A DNA stretch of 64,000 nucleotides from an uncultured Acidobacteriota bacterium (lineage in GTDB: Bacteria; Acidobacteriota; JAQAZP01). The notes below the pieces were generated by a model. That model had not been told where the DNA came from and ran no database searches. It worked only from the letters and a program-made list of their open reading frames with translations. The stretch is taken from the NCBI GenBank assembly GCA_963836075.1, contig CAWIIB010000009.1, positions 3,360,001 to 3,424,000 on the forward strand. The letters are read 5' to 3'. A program made the translations under genes and the position numbers. Shown here piece by piece: positions 19,830 to 29,900 of this stretch. Within the stretch, counting starts at the first letter, position 1. Each line of letters begins with the position of its first letter.

Positions 19830-20720
19830 TTATTTCTGCTTCAACAGGACGTTGCCGCTGAAGGTGTTGATCTCTATCTTTCCGCCGCTCGACCCGGCCG
19901 GCGCATCCCAGTGCACGGTGCCCTTGCTGTACTCGTCGGAGATGCCCTTCAGCCCGAACTCGTTGTTGATCTTGCCGCTGAAGGTATCCACCGAGAGCTC
20001 GGCGGCCAGGCTGCTCAGCAGGAAGACAACGTCTCCGCTGTGGGAATCCACCTCCACCCACACATTGCTGTCCAGGTCGATGTCGAACTGCAGGTTGCCG
20101 GAAACGGTTTCCGCGGTGAGGTTGCTGAACGTGCCGCCCTCCACCAGGAAGTCTCCGCTCACCGTGTTTCCGGACAGCCGGCCGCTGACACCGCGGAGGC
20201 GGATGTCGCCGCTGACACTGTCCACCTCTGTAATCGCCGACTGGCATTCCAGGCTGATCTCGCCGCTCACCGTGGAGACCTCGGCCTCGCCGGAACCGCA
20301 GACCGCGGTGATGTCGCCGCTTACCGCCGCCAGTTCGATGTCACCGTCAAAATCGTTGAGTTCGATGTTGGCGCTAACCGTGGAGACATCAAGCGTGCAG
20401 TTGCTGGGCACGCTGATCACCAGGTGCGTCGGCTTGACGTTCCGCGATTGCTTGGGCAGCACCACTTCGATCTCCATCCGCGACGAGTCGCCGCTGATCC
20501 GCAGCTCTTCGGTGCCCTTGCCCAGGGTGCCGCTGACCTTGACCTCGTTGCTGCCCCAGCCGGTGATCTTAACCGAACCACTGATGTTGGAGACCGAGAG
20601 GGTCGCTGAACTGTCCAGCGTCCGGGTCTCGTTGATTTCGGTCTGCGCCGCCAGGGGGGCGGCCATCAGCACCAGGATCACGCTCAGAGCCGCCGGGATC
20701 ATCCACTTCATTCTGTTCAT
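19830..20720 (-). CDS. DUF4097-like beta-strand repeat secreted protein
   Basis: Signal peptide and repeated xSTVSGxI units. AAGGAG RBS before ATG 20720. Confidence 0.8.
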   Translation of the reverse strand: MNRMKWMIPAALSVILVLMAAPLAAQTEINETRTLDSSATLSVSNISGSVKITGWGSNEVKVSGTLGKGTEELRISGDSSRMEIEVVLPKQSRNVKPTHLVISVPSNCTLDVSTVSANIELNDFDGDIELAAVSGDITAVCGSGEAEVSTVSGEISLECQSAITEVDSVSGDIRLRGVSGRLSGNTVSGDFLVEGGTFSNLTAETVSGNLQFDIDLDSNVWVEVDSHSGDVVFLLSSLAAELSVDTFSGKINNEFGLKGISDEYSKGTVHWDAPAGSSGGKIEINTFSGNVLLKQK

Positions 20721-20796
20721 CGTTTCATCTCCTTTATTTGCCAACATCATCTCGGTTATAAATGCTGTCATCTCAAATCGGTTTTATATCAACGGG

Positions 20797-21474
20797 TCAC
20801 GACTCGCTGGCCATGCGGATCGCCCTTCCCTGGAGGGCCATCTTTGCCCGGTAGGCCGAGGTGAGCAATCGGGTAAGGCCCGGTTCGTCCGGCGAGGCCA
20901 CCCAGGCCGCCCGCGCTTCGGCGATGGCCCGGTCCACCACAGGCATGCTCTGCTGGAGCATATGACTCACCGGGCCGCTGTGGCCGTTGTATGATGCCAG
21001 TTCCTGCTCTCCCTGCTGGCACTCGGCCTCCAGGGCCAGCAGCACCGCATCGGTTTCCGGATAGTTCACCGCTCCGGCCGGCACACCGGTACGGGAAACG
21101 TCTTCCCCGGCAGGGACCAGCGGTTTGGTGTTGAACGACGATATGCAGAGCACACCCACCACGGCCGCGGTGGCCAGGGCGGTGGGCCAGGACCAGCTAA
21201 AGAAGCCGAGGCGCCGCAGCAGCCTGGCGCCGTAGCTCTCCACTGCCGCCTTCTTGGGCCGGGTCGCTTCGGCGATGGCCGGCCAGAGGTCCCGGGGCGG
21301 CTCGATGACCCGGGGCAGGGCAGCGGCCCCCTCTAGAACCTGCTTCAGCCCCTCCAGCTCGCGGCGGCAGGTCACGCACTGCCGGACGTGATTTTGCAGG
21401 TCCGTCACCATCGGGGCCTCCAGTACGCCGTCGATATAGTCGTTCAGGAGTTCAGCTGCACTATCGTGTTTCAT
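20797..21474 (-). CDS. Zinc-finger (zf-HC2) membrane anti-sigma factor
   Basis: YIDG.L...HVRQCVTC motif and one TM segment; coupled to the sigma gene. Confidence 0.85.
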   Translation of the reverse strand: MKHDSAAELLNDYIDGVLEAPMVTDLQNHVRQCVTCRRELEGLKQVLEGAAALPRVIEPPRDLWPAIAEATRPKKAAVESYGARLLRRLGFFSWSWPTALATAAVVGVLCISSFNTKPLVPAGEDVSRTGVPAGAVNYPETDAVLLALEAECQQGEQELASYNGHSGPVSHMLQQSMPVVDRAIAEARAAWVASPDEPGLTRLLTSAYRAKMALQGRAIRMASES

Positions 21475-22070
21475 GGCTTTACCTCCCGGACAGTTGTTTC
21501 CATTGCCGTGCGGAGCAGTTTCCGCGCCCGGTGCAGCTGGGCTTTGATAGTTCCCTCGGCCAGACCGGTGAGCGCCGCGATTTCACGGTGCCGGAACCCC
21601 TCCACGTCGTGGAGCACGAACGCGGTCCTGGCCCCGTGGGGCAGACGGGCCATCGCCCGTTCGAGATCCAGGGCCCGGTCCGGTTCGGTGCTGCTGGTGC
21701 CGCCGGCCCCGGCCTGCAGCAGGCTGTTGCCGTCCGCGGCCAGCCACTTCGACTCCCTTTTTCTGCTGCGCCGGTCCTCCAGCACCATATTCACCGTCAG
21801 CCGGCGGAGCCAGGCAGCAAAGGGGCCCTCGGCCCTGAACGAGTCGAGCTTGCGCCAGACCTTGACAAAGACGTCCTGGGTCAGCGATTCGGCCAGCGCC
21901 GGATCTCCGGTGATACGGAGACAGAGGGCGTATACCCGGCCGGCGTGCATCTTGTAGAGCGCTTCGAATGACCGGCTGTCGCCGCACCGGGCTCTGTTTA
22001 CCAGTTCATTCACCGCCGGGTCCGCATCGTCGGCCAGCATTCTGTTCTCCGTTGCCGTGCCCAGGTCCAT
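21471..22070 (-). CDS. ECF RNA polymerase sigma factor
   Basis: AESLTQDVFVKVWRKL..F.AWLRR (region 2) and LHDVEGFRHREIA..GTIKAQLHRAR (region 4). Start uncertain. Confidence 0.9.
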   Translation of the reverse strand: MDLGTATENRMLADDADPAVNELVNRARCGDSRSFEALYKMHAGRVYALCLRITGDPALAESLTQDVFVKVWRKLDSFRAEGPFAAWLRRLTVNMVLEDRRSRKRESKWLAADGNSLLQAGAGGTSSTEPDRALDLERAMARLPHGARTAFVLHDVEGFRHREIAALTGLAEGTIKAQLHRARKLLRTAMETTVREVKP

Positions 22071-22203
22071 CAGGATCTCCCCGAAAATTTCCGTATTCAC
22101 ACTACTGACGGCAAAAAGGGGCAGAGGGTTTGAATCGATGAGTGCTTTTTATGATTTTTCCGGTCTGACGGGGGATTGTCAACCGGGGTGGGGTCTATTG
22201 TTC

Positions 22204-22258
22204 TGTCATTGCGAGCCGCTGACCTGCGGGCACCTCAGGTCAGCGGCTCGCAATGACA
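22204..22258. repeat. 23-bp perfect inverted repeat with REP-like ends (possible terminator after ugd)
   Basis: tgtcattgcgagccgctgacctg-9nt-caggtcagcggctcgcaatgaca. Confidence 0.8.
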
Positions 22259-22268
22259 ATACGGGGTT

Positions 22269-23654
22269 TTACAGGTGGCTCAGCGCCGGCTTGCCAATGG
22301 GGTACACATTGAAGCCGATGCGGAAAAGCTCTTTATGGTCGAGGATGTTTCGCCCGTCAAAGACAAAGGCCGGTTTTTCCATCGCCGCATATATCTTCTC
22401 GTAATCCAGTGTCTTGTAGAGCTTCCACTCGGTGATCACGGCGATGGCGTGCGCCCCCGCAGCGGCCTTGTAGGGATCTGGCTCCAGCTCCACCCGGTCA
22501 ATCACGTCCTCCAGGTCGATCCTGGCATTTTTAAGCGCCTGGGGATCGGTGATCACCACGCGGGCATGTTCCTCCAGCAGTTTGCGGGTGATGTAGATCG
22601 CCGGTGACTCACGGGTGTCGCCGGTGTCGGCTTTGAATGCGAATCCGAAGAGGGCCACTCTCTTTCCGGCGATGGTGTTGAACATGGCGTGACCCATGTT
22701 CTCCACGAACCGCGCCTCCTGCCATTCGTTGATCTTGACCACGTTTTCCCAGTAGTTGGCCACCTCATCCAGACCGTAGTGCTCGCAGATGTAGACCAGG
22801 TTGAGGATGTCCTTCTTGAAGCAGGAACCGCCGAACCCCACGCTGGCGTTGAGGAACTTGGGGTTGATCCGCGAGTCGGTGCCGATGGCGTGGGCCACCC
22901 GCGAGACGTCGGCGCCGGTTTTCTCGCAAAGGGCCGAGATGCTGTTGATCGAGGAGATCCGCTGGGCCAGGAAGGCGTTGGCCACCAGCTTGGACAGTTC
23001 GGCGCTCCAGACATCACAGGTCAGGATCCGCTCCCGGGGCACCCAGTTGGCGTAGATATCCACCACCGACTGCCGGGCCTTGATCCCCTGCTCGGTCTCC
23101 CGCGAACCGATGAGCACCCGGTCGGGGGCCTCCAGGTCGGCCACCGCCGTTCCCTCGGCCAGAAACTCGGGATTGGAGAGCACGTCGAAGTGCAGACCCT
23201 TGTCGTTGGTGTGCAGGATCCGCTCCATGGCCTTGGCCGTGCGGACCGGCAGGGTGCTTTTCTCGATGATGATCTTGTCTGAAGTGGACGCGCTGAGGAT
23301 GTCCCGGGCCGTCTTTTCCCAGTACTGCAGGTCGGCAGTCTTGCCCGCACCCCGGCCGTAGGTCTTGGTTGGGGTATTGACCGAGACAAAGATGATCTCC
23401 GCGTCCTCGATGTTCCTGGTGATCTCAGTGGTAAAAAAGAGGTTGCGCCCCCTGGCGATTTTCACCACCTCGAGCAGGCCCGGTTCGTAGATCGGCAGCT
23501 CGTCGCTCTGCCACTCCTCGATCCGCACCGGGTTGATGTCGGCCACGGTGACTTTGTACTGCGGGCACTTGGCTGCGATCATCGCCATGGTGGGACCGCC
23601 AACATACCCGGCGCCGATGCAGAGGATGTGCTTTTCAAACTGTTCAGAGGCCAT
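22269..23654 (-). CDS. ugd: UDP-glucose 6-dehydrogenase
   Basis: IGAGYVGGPT, EKSTLPV, SNPEFLAEG, GFGGSCFKKD. Confidence 0.95.
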   Translation of the reverse strand: MASEQFEKHILCIGAGYVGGPTMAMIAAKCPQYKVTVADINPVRIEEWQSDELPIYEPGLLEVVKIARGRNLFFTTEITRNIEDAEIIFVSVNTPTKTYGRGAGKTADLQYWEKTARDILSASTSDKIIIEKSTLPVRTAKAMERILHTNDKGLHFDVLSNPEFLAEGTAVADLEAPDRVLIGSRETEQGIKARQSVVDIYANWVPRERILTCDVWSAELSKLVANAFLAQRISSINSISALCEKTGADVSRVAHAIGTDSRINPKFLNASVGFGGSCFKKDILNLVYICEHYGLDEVANYWENVVKINEWQEARFVENMGHAMFNTIAGKRVALFGFAFKADTGDTRESPAIYITRKLLEEHARVVITDPQALKNARIDLEDVIDRVELEPDPYKAAAGAHAIAVITEWKLYKTLDYEKIYAAMEKPAFVFDGRNILDHKELFRIGFNVYPIGKPALSHL

Positions 23655-23786
23655 GCTCTTCTGTGCTCCTGCTCGATATGATTGTCTGTATGGCTCGATG
23701 CACCCCCACGTGCATGAAGGTTCACTTTCTTTTCGCCCCAGCGGCTCCGGATCTTGAGCCGCAGCCTGGCGAAAAGAAGCATTCTA

Positions 23787-24224
23787 TTAATGTTGGCCGG
23801 AATTCACAAGCTCCGGAAGGGCCGGGCGCACCTTGATCACGGTTTCCTTGCGGATGTGGACCGTGCCCCGCTTGTGGCCCCGGGCCTTGGATACGAAGCG
23901 GGCGCGGGTACAGGAGACCGGGGTGACTCCGCCATTCCGGGCCTTGCTGTGCCAGGCGGCGATGGCTGCCGCCATCTTCAGCGTTTCGCGGTCCGGCTCT
24001 TCACCCTCCCGGGCGCGGAGCAGCACGTGGCTGCCCGACATGCCGCGAACATGGAACCACCAGTCGTTGGGCCGGGCCAGCTTTATGCTCAGCCGGTCGT
24101 TGGCCGCGTCGGTGCGGCCGGCCAGCACCACCCAGCCATGGGGCAGGTCGTAACGGCGGATGTCGTCGGCCAGGTTGTCGTCATCTTCAATGGGCGGTTT
24201 CCCGGGCACGTCGGGTCTCCTCAT
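23787..24224 (-). CDS. Stand-alone NFACT-R (DUF814) RNA-binding domain protein
   Basis: GRTDAANDRLS...WWFHVRGMSGSHV...AAAIAAWHSKAR. Confidence 0.85.
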   Translation of the reverse strand: MRRPDVPGKPPIEDDDNLADDIRRYDLPHGWVVLAGRTDAANDRLSIKLARPNDWWFHVRGMSGSHVLLRAREGEEPDRETLKMAAAIAAWHSKARNGGVTPVSCTRARFVSKARGHKRGTVHIRKETVIKVRPALPELVNSGQH

Positions 24225-24424
24225 GGATCAGGAATTCTGCTGGGTCAGAGATATCATACTGAAGATTCACGAAATCGTGAACTGAACGGCAATCGTCACC
24301 CGGAGAAATCTTGACTCCCGAATAAGATGCCACTATTCTCTGATATCCCTCTGGACATTTAGAGGTATGAATCGCTGCATAGAATTTGGGCGGGCCGTTC
24401 CGGCCGCTCTGGAAGGAGATTGAC

Positions 24425-25204
24425 ATGAATCGTTTGAAGATCATTGCCATGGCGCTGGCGGTCATCATGATGATCGCCGGATTCGCCGAAGCCCGCGGGC
24501 AGAGCGCTGAAGATCCGAGCCAGGCCAGCCCGGCTTCCCCGGCGGCGGCAAGCCTGAGCGACTACGAGAAGAACTCCCTTCTGCTGATGCGCCAGGAGGA
24601 AAAACTGGCCCGTGACGTGTATCTGACTCTGGGCGAGAAGTACAACCTGCCGGTATTCAACAACATCCCCCAGGCCGAACAACGCCACATGGACCAGTTG
24701 GGACAGTTGCTGGAGAAATACGGCATGGACGATCCAGTTGCGGGGCTGGCGCGGGGAAAGTTTAACAGCGGCGAGATGCAGAGCCTCTATAACAAGTTGG
24801 TGGCCCAGGGCAGCAAGAGTCTCGCGGATGCTCTGCAGGCAGGTGCCACCATCGAAGACATGGACATTCACGATCTGGAGCAGGCCCTGGCCGGGGGCGT
24901 GGACAACCGGGACATGGTGCGGGTGTACCGCAACCTGGCCAAGGGTTCACGCAACCACATGCGGGCCTTCACCTCGCAGTTGAAGGCCCATGATGCGGTA
25001 TACAAGGCCCAGTATATTTCCCAGGCTGATCTGGAGGCGATTATGAACTCCGACTGGGAACGCGGCCCGGCTGACGGCCAGGGGCATGGCAGGCAGGGGC
25101 GTGGCGGCAAAGGCCGGGGACAGGGGCGCGGCCAGGGGGGGGGCCATGGCCAGGGCGGAGCTCCGGCGGATTCCGGCCAATCTGCTGATTCGGACAAGCC
25201 CTGA
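24425..25204 (+). CDS. DUF2202 ferritin-like secreted protein
   Basis: MRQEEKLARDVY, AEQRHM, IEDMDIHDL, GSRNHMRAF; signal peptide; Gly/Arg-rich tail. Confidence 0.85.
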   Translation: MNRLKIIAMALAVIMMIAGFAEARGQSAEDPSQASPASPAAASLSDYEKNSLLLMRQEEKLARDVYLTLGEKYNLPVFNNIPQAEQRHMDQLGQLLEKYGMDDPVAGLARGKFNSGEMQSLYNKLVAQGSKSLADALQAGATIEDMDIHDLEQALAGGVDNRDMVRVYRNLAKGSRNHMRAFTSQLKAHDAVYKAQYISQADLEAIMNSDWERGPADGQGHGRQGRGGKGRGQGRGQGGGHGQGGAPADSGQSADSDKP

Positions 25205-25450
25205 TATTGCAGTGGAATAAGTTCCCGCTCTCCCATTGCTCCTTGCATCGGGCACCACGCGGGAACTATAGTAAATACACAAGAAGTTGATTTTGCCCGG
25301 GAGCGTTGCGGCGGTTCCCGGGTTCTATTTCTTCATTCATCCATAACCGCTCGTTCTCCCCGCCACCGGTCGATATTCTCCCACTCGACACAGGGCAGTA
25401 CCGTCATCGGACAGGGGAATTGGTAACAACCGCCGAGGAGGCTCCTGAAC

Positions 25451-28399
25451 ATGCGCTCTTATTTGATGCTGCTCACCGTTCTGCTACTGGTTTCGATCAT
25501 TGCTGGCCCCGCCATGCCCGTCCTTGCCGCGCCCGAAGCGCTGATCATGGTGGAGGCGGAGAGTGATTCAGCGGTGGAGGCGCTGGAGAGCGCCGGGGCC
25601 CCGGTCTGGTCCAGCGTGGGCCCGTACATCCTGGCCGGCGCCGACAGCCGGCTGGAGGCCGAACTCCGCGCCACGGGCGCCTGGGTGGTGGACCGGCATC
25701 CCTGGTCCGACGGCTCCTCCTATTACTGGGTGCACAGCGACCCTGCCGCACAGGTTGACCTGGCCCGGTACCCGGGCGTGGAAGTGCTGCACCAGGAACC
25801 GGGGCTGGCCCTGGTCAAGGCCAGCGCAATGGCAGCCGAACCGCTGGCGCGTTCACGGTTCGACCTGGTGCACGTGGATCGCACCCGCAAGACCCTGGAT
25901 GTGGTGGCTCCGGCCGCAGAGCGGACCGGGGACCGCGAGTTCGGCGGCGACATCGACACCATGGTGGCCGGAATCATGCAGTTCAACTACAGCGGCGTGG
26001 TCCAGACCCTGCAGAACTTTGGTACCCGCTACACCTACACCACCGGCGTGGACGATGCCGCGGACTGGATGTTCACCAGGCTCCAGGGCTACGGTTATGA
26101 CGTGGAGCGGCACTACTTCGACATCGGCGCCTACTCCAAGCAGAACATCATCGCCACCAGGACAGGTCTGGTCTACCCCGACGAGGTGGTGCTGATCTGC
26201 GGCCACTACGACTCCACCTCGGACGACCCCGAAAACCTGGCCCCCGGCGCCGATGACAATGGCAGCGGCACGGCCGCCGTGCTGGAAGCGGCCCGGGTGA
26301 TGGCCGGCTACGAGTTCGAACGGACGGTGGTCTTCGCCACCTTTGCCGGCGAGGAGCAGGGGCTTTACGGCAGCGGGGCCTATGCCGCGGACCTGGCCGC
26401 GGCCGGTACGAACGTGGTCGGCTGCTACAACTACGACATGATCGCCTGGTCGGGCTCCGACACCGCACCGCCCGACCTGATCCTCTACACCAATGGCGGC
26501 GCGTCCACCGACCTGGCCAACCGGGTCCGCGACGCGGCCCTCCACTACGTCCCCACCGGGGTGGAGCCGGTGGTGGTCCCCGAGGCGATGACCGCCAGCG
26601 ACCACGCCTCCTTCTGGAGCCAGGGCTACCCGGCCATCTGCGGCATCGAGGCCGAAGCCTGGAGCAGCGATTTCAATCCCTATTACCACACCACCAACGA
26701 CACGGTGGCCAACTGCGACATGGCGTACGCCACCGCCTGCACCAAAGCCGCGGTGGCCGCGGTGGCCGAGCACGCCTCGCCGCTGGTGGTGGACGGCCCG
26801 TATCTCGCACTCCACGACATGGTGGTGGACGACGACATGAGCGGCGCCAGCTTCGGAAACGGCAACGGCACAGTGGAGCCGGGCGAGATCGTCGAACTGA
26901 CCCTGACCCTGCGCAACGTGGGTACCGAGGACGCGGTGGCGGTCAGCGGCACCCTGTCCACCACCTCTTCATACGCTGCGGTGAGCACGGCAACCCAGAG
27001 CTACGGCACTATCCTTTCGGACAACGGCACCGGCACGTCGGCCGGCCCCTACGTCTTCAGCGTCACCATGGACCTGCCCGACGGATACGAGATCCCCTTT
27101 GTCCTGGCGGTGACCGAAGCCCCGGCGACCATCGGCTTCGACATCGCGGCCGCCGCGCCGGCGCTGGCCTACGCCGGACGAAGCGTGGACGATTCGGCCG
27201 GCGACGGTGACGGCATCGTCGATCCGGGGGAGACCGTCCTGCTGCAGATCGACCTGCGCAACGAAGGCTCGGTGGGGGCCACCGGGGTGGGCGGCACGCT
27301 GAGCACGTCCAACCCCCAGGTCACCGTGACCGACAACACGGCGGACTGGCCCGACATCTCCAGCGGCGCCAGCCAGGCGTCCCTGGCCCCGCACTTCACG
27401 GTGAGCTTCGGCGGCGGCCTCTCCTACGGTGAAACGGTGAGCTTCGACCTGGACACCGTAGCCGCCGAGGGCACGGGCAGCGTGACCTTCGACCTGGTGG
27501 TGGGCCAGGCCGTGCTCTTCTTCGACGACATGGAGGGGGGCGAGAACGGCTGGACCCACTACGAGGTGGCGGCCCAGGACGACTGGATGCTCGGCTACCC
27601 CGGCCCCAACGGCAACGACCCGGACGCGCCCTGGTCGGGCATGAACCACTGGGGCAACGACCTGGCCCCCGACGGCTGGAACGGCGATTACTACGCCAAC
27701 GTGCACAACTACCTCCAGTCGCCGGCCATCGACTGCAGCGGGTATGCCGGGGTGACCCTCAACTACATGCGCTGGCTCACTGTCGAGGACGCAATCTTCG
27801 ACCAGGCCACCATCTATGTCAACGGCACCCAGGTCTGGCAGAACGCCGTGGGCGCCGACCACCTGGACAGCGAGTGGACGGTGCACGAGATCGACATCTC
27901 GGCCATTGCCGACGACAACCCGGCGGTGGTGGTGGAGTTCCACATGGAGAGCGACGGCGGGGTGGAGTTCGGCGGCTGGAACATCGACGACTTGAGCCTG
28001 CTGGCCTTCGACCAGGGCGGCGGTCCGGTGGCCACCGTGGCCGCCACGCTGACCTGCGATCCCTCGGCGGGCACGGTACCTTTCGGCACGGCCATGTCCA
28101 TCACCCTGGGCAATCTCTACGGCGGGTTCACCCGGACCATCTCCGGCCACATCGACATCACCGTGGCCGGGGGGAGTTACTTCCCCAACTGGCGCGCCGG
28201 GTACACCAACGTGGCTCCGGGGGGTAGTTACACCGCCAGCTGGGTGACCACCATCCCGGCCCTGGGGTCGGTGATCGGCGACAACTACTTCGAACTGGTG
28301 GTGGAGGACGTGACCGCAGCGCCGTACAACCAGCCGCCCTATCCCGCGTCGGGCGATACCGACATGGACGGTTGCACGGTGACCGGTATCGCGCCGTAA
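25451..28399 (+). CDS. Secreted M28 metallopeptidase with Ig-like/beta-sandwich domains and shared C-terminal domain
   Basis: GHYDS, PGADDNGSG, GEEQGL, DMI, SDHASF, YHTTND; signal peptide. Confidence 0.9.
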   Translation: MRSYLMLLTVLLLVSIIAGPAMPVLAAPEALIMVEAESDSAVEALESAGAPVWSSVGPYILAGADSRLEAELRATGAWVVDRHPWSDGSSYYWVHSDPAAQVDLARYPGVEVLHQEPGLALVKASAMAAEPLARSRFDLVHVDRTRKTLDVVAPAAERTGDREFGGDIDTMVAGIMQFNYSGVVQTLQNFGTRYTYTTGVDDAADWMFTRLQGYGYDVERHYFDIGAYSKQNIIATRTGLVYPDEVVLICGHYDSTSDDPENLAPGADDNGSGTAAVLEAARVMAGYEFERTVVFATFAGEEQGLYGSGAYAADLAAAGTNVVGCYNYDMIAWSGSDTAPPDLILYTNGGASTDLANRVRDAALHYVPTGVEPVVVPEAMTASDHASFWSQGYPAICGIEAEAWSSDFNPYYHTTNDTVANCDMAYATACTKAAVAAVAEHASPLVVDGPYLALHDMVVDDDMSGASFGNGNGTVEPGEIVELTLTLRNVGTEDAVAVSGTLSTTSSYAAVSTATQSYGTILSDNGTGTSAGPYVFSVTMDLPDGYEIPFVLAVTEAPATIGFDIAAAAPALAYAGRSVDDSAGDGDGIVDPGETVLLQIDLRNEGSVGATGVGGTLSTSNPQVTVTDNTADWPDISSGASQASLAPHFTVSFGGGLSYGETVSFDLDTVAAEGTGSVTFDLVVGQAVLFFDDMEGGENGWTHYEVAAQDDWMLGYPGPNGNDPDAPWSGMNHWGNDLAPDGWNGDYYANVHNYLQSPAIDCSGYAGVTLNYMRWLTVEDAIFDQATIYVNGTQVWQNAVGADHLDSEWTVHEIDISAIADDNPAVVVEFHMESDGGVEFGGWNIDDLSLLAFDQGGGPVATVAATLTCDPSAGTVPFGTAMSITLGNLYGGFTRTISGHIDITVAGGSYFPNWRAGYTNVAPGGSYTASWVTTIPALGSVIGDNYFELVVEDVTAAPYNQPPYPASGDTDMDGCTVTGIAP

Positions 28400-28417
28400 G
28401 AACCGATGAAACTAATA

Positions 28418-28460
28418 ACCGCCTGACTGCTGGAGCATCCGGCAGCAGGCGGTTTTTTCT
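28418..28460 (+). terminator. Rho-independent terminator
   Basis: accgcctg(a)ctgctgga...tccggcagcaggcggt followed by a T tract, between convergent genes. Confidence 0.75.
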
Positions 28461-28488
28461 GAGGCCGGTGGTTGTACCCGGTGGGGGA

Positions 28489-29025
28489 TCAGCCCTCCCC
28501 GCGCTTCCAGCCCTCGGCAAAGGCTTCGAGATTGAGGATGTCGGTGCCCCGGGGCACGTTCTCCACGATGGTCTTCTCCAGGCTCGTGCGGTCCACCAGC
28601 CCGGAGATGGCGCCGAGAAAACCGAGCACCACCATGTTGGTGACGATGCGCCGGCCCAGGTCCTGGGCAGCGATGCGGGTGGCCGGAATGGCGTGGACCG
28701 TGCCCTGAAAGTCATCGGGAAGCTGTACCAGGTCTTGCTCCACGATCAGGATTCCCCCCGGTTTGACGTCGTGAAGAAAGGCGTCGCAGGAGTCCTGGCT
28801 GAGGAGCATCAGGATGTCGAAACGGTCGGGTTCGATGTCATGGATCCCGCCGTCGCTCACCGTGACGTCGCTGGTGCAGAGCCCGCCGCGGGCCGAGCTG
28901 CCGTAGGCCTGGTTCTGCAGGGCGCTCTTGCCGTCGAGGATGGCTGCCGCGCCGAAGATCTCCCCCGATTTGACGATGCCCTGGCCGCCGAAGCCGGCGA
29001 AGCGGACGGTCTTTTCGGTGCTCAT
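28489..29025 (-). CDS. korC: 2-oxoacid:ferredoxin oxidoreductase gamma subunit
   Basis: AGFGGQG, YGSSARGG, NMVVLG. Confidence 0.9.
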   Translation of the reverse strand: MSTEKTVRFAGFGGQGIVKSGEIFGAAAILDGKSALQNQAYGSSARGGLCTSDVTVSDGGIHDIEPDRFDILMLLSQDSCDAFLHDVKPGGILIVEQDLVQLPDDFQGTVHAIPATRIAAQDLGRRIVTNMVVLGFLGAISGLVDRTSLEKTIVENVPRGTDILNLEAFAEGWKRGEG

Positions 29026-29900
29026 CGTTCGTCCTCCTCGGCCAGGGCCGCGGAGCTCACCTGCTCCACCTGCCGGTAGAGCCGCTGGCAGAACTCGGGC
29101 GCTTCACGCTGTTTCAGCCGCCCCACCACGATTTTGTCCTCCAGCTCTTCCTCGGTCATTTTCTTCGCCCTGGACAGCCGTACCGAGCGTGCCTTGTAGT
29201 CGGCGAGGAAGTCGGCGGCGTTCCGCTTGCCCACCGCCTTGCCGTAGGAGGTGGTGCACTGGCCGACCACCTCGACAAAGGAGAAGCCGGGGTGCTCCAG
29301 CGCTTCCTTGAACGAGCGGACCAGGTCCAGCACGTGCCAGGTGGTCCAGCGGGCGACATAGGACGCGCCGGCGGCGGCCACCAGGTCGGCCACGTCGAAC
29401 CGGTTTTCCACATTGCCGTGGGGTGTGGTGGTGGTGCGTATGCCGGGGGGCGTGGTGGGGGCCACCTGCCCGCCGGTCATGCCGTAGATCGAGTTGTTGA
29501 CCATCAGCACCGTGAGGTCCACATTGCGCCGGGCGGCGTGGATCAGGTGGTTGCCGCCGATGCCCGAGATGTCGCCGTCGCCGGCGATCACCACCACCTT
29601 CATCTGCGGCGACATCACCCGCACCCCGGTGGCAAAGGCGATGGCCCGGCCGTGGGTGGTGTGCAGGGTGTCGGCGAGAAAGTAGGGGCTGGGGATCCAG
29701 GAAGAGCAGCCGATGCCGGTGACCATCACCATCTCGTGCGGGTCATACTCCAGTTCGTCCACCGCCTTGCAGAAGCAGTTGAGCACCGTGCCGCCGCCGC
29801 AGCCGGTGCAGAAGATGGTGGGCAGGATTCCGGGCCGCACGTAACGGTGCAGCGGGTTGCGCACCACGGCCGCTGTGCTGTTCGATTCTGTCGCGCTCAT
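29022..29900 (-). CDS. korB: 2-oxoacid:ferredoxin oxidoreductase beta subunit (TPP-binding)
   Basis: FCTGCG, GIGCS, HTTHGRA, GDGD..IGGNH, NNSIYGMTGGQ. Confidence 0.9.
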   Translation of the reverse strand: MSATESNSTAAVVRNPLHRYVRPGILPTIFCTGCGGGTVLNCFCKAVDELEYDPHEMVMVTGIGCSSWIPSPYFLADTLHTTHGRAIAFATGVRVMSPQMKVVVIAGDGDISGIGGNHLIHAARRNVDLTVLMVNNSIYGMTGGQVAPTTPPGIRTTTTPHGNVENRFDVADLVAAAGASYVARWTTWHVLDLVRSFKEALEHPGFSFVEVVGQCTTSYGKAVGKRNAADFLADYKARSVRLSRAKKMTEEELEDKIVVGRLKQREAPEFCQRLYRQVEQVSSAALAEEDER

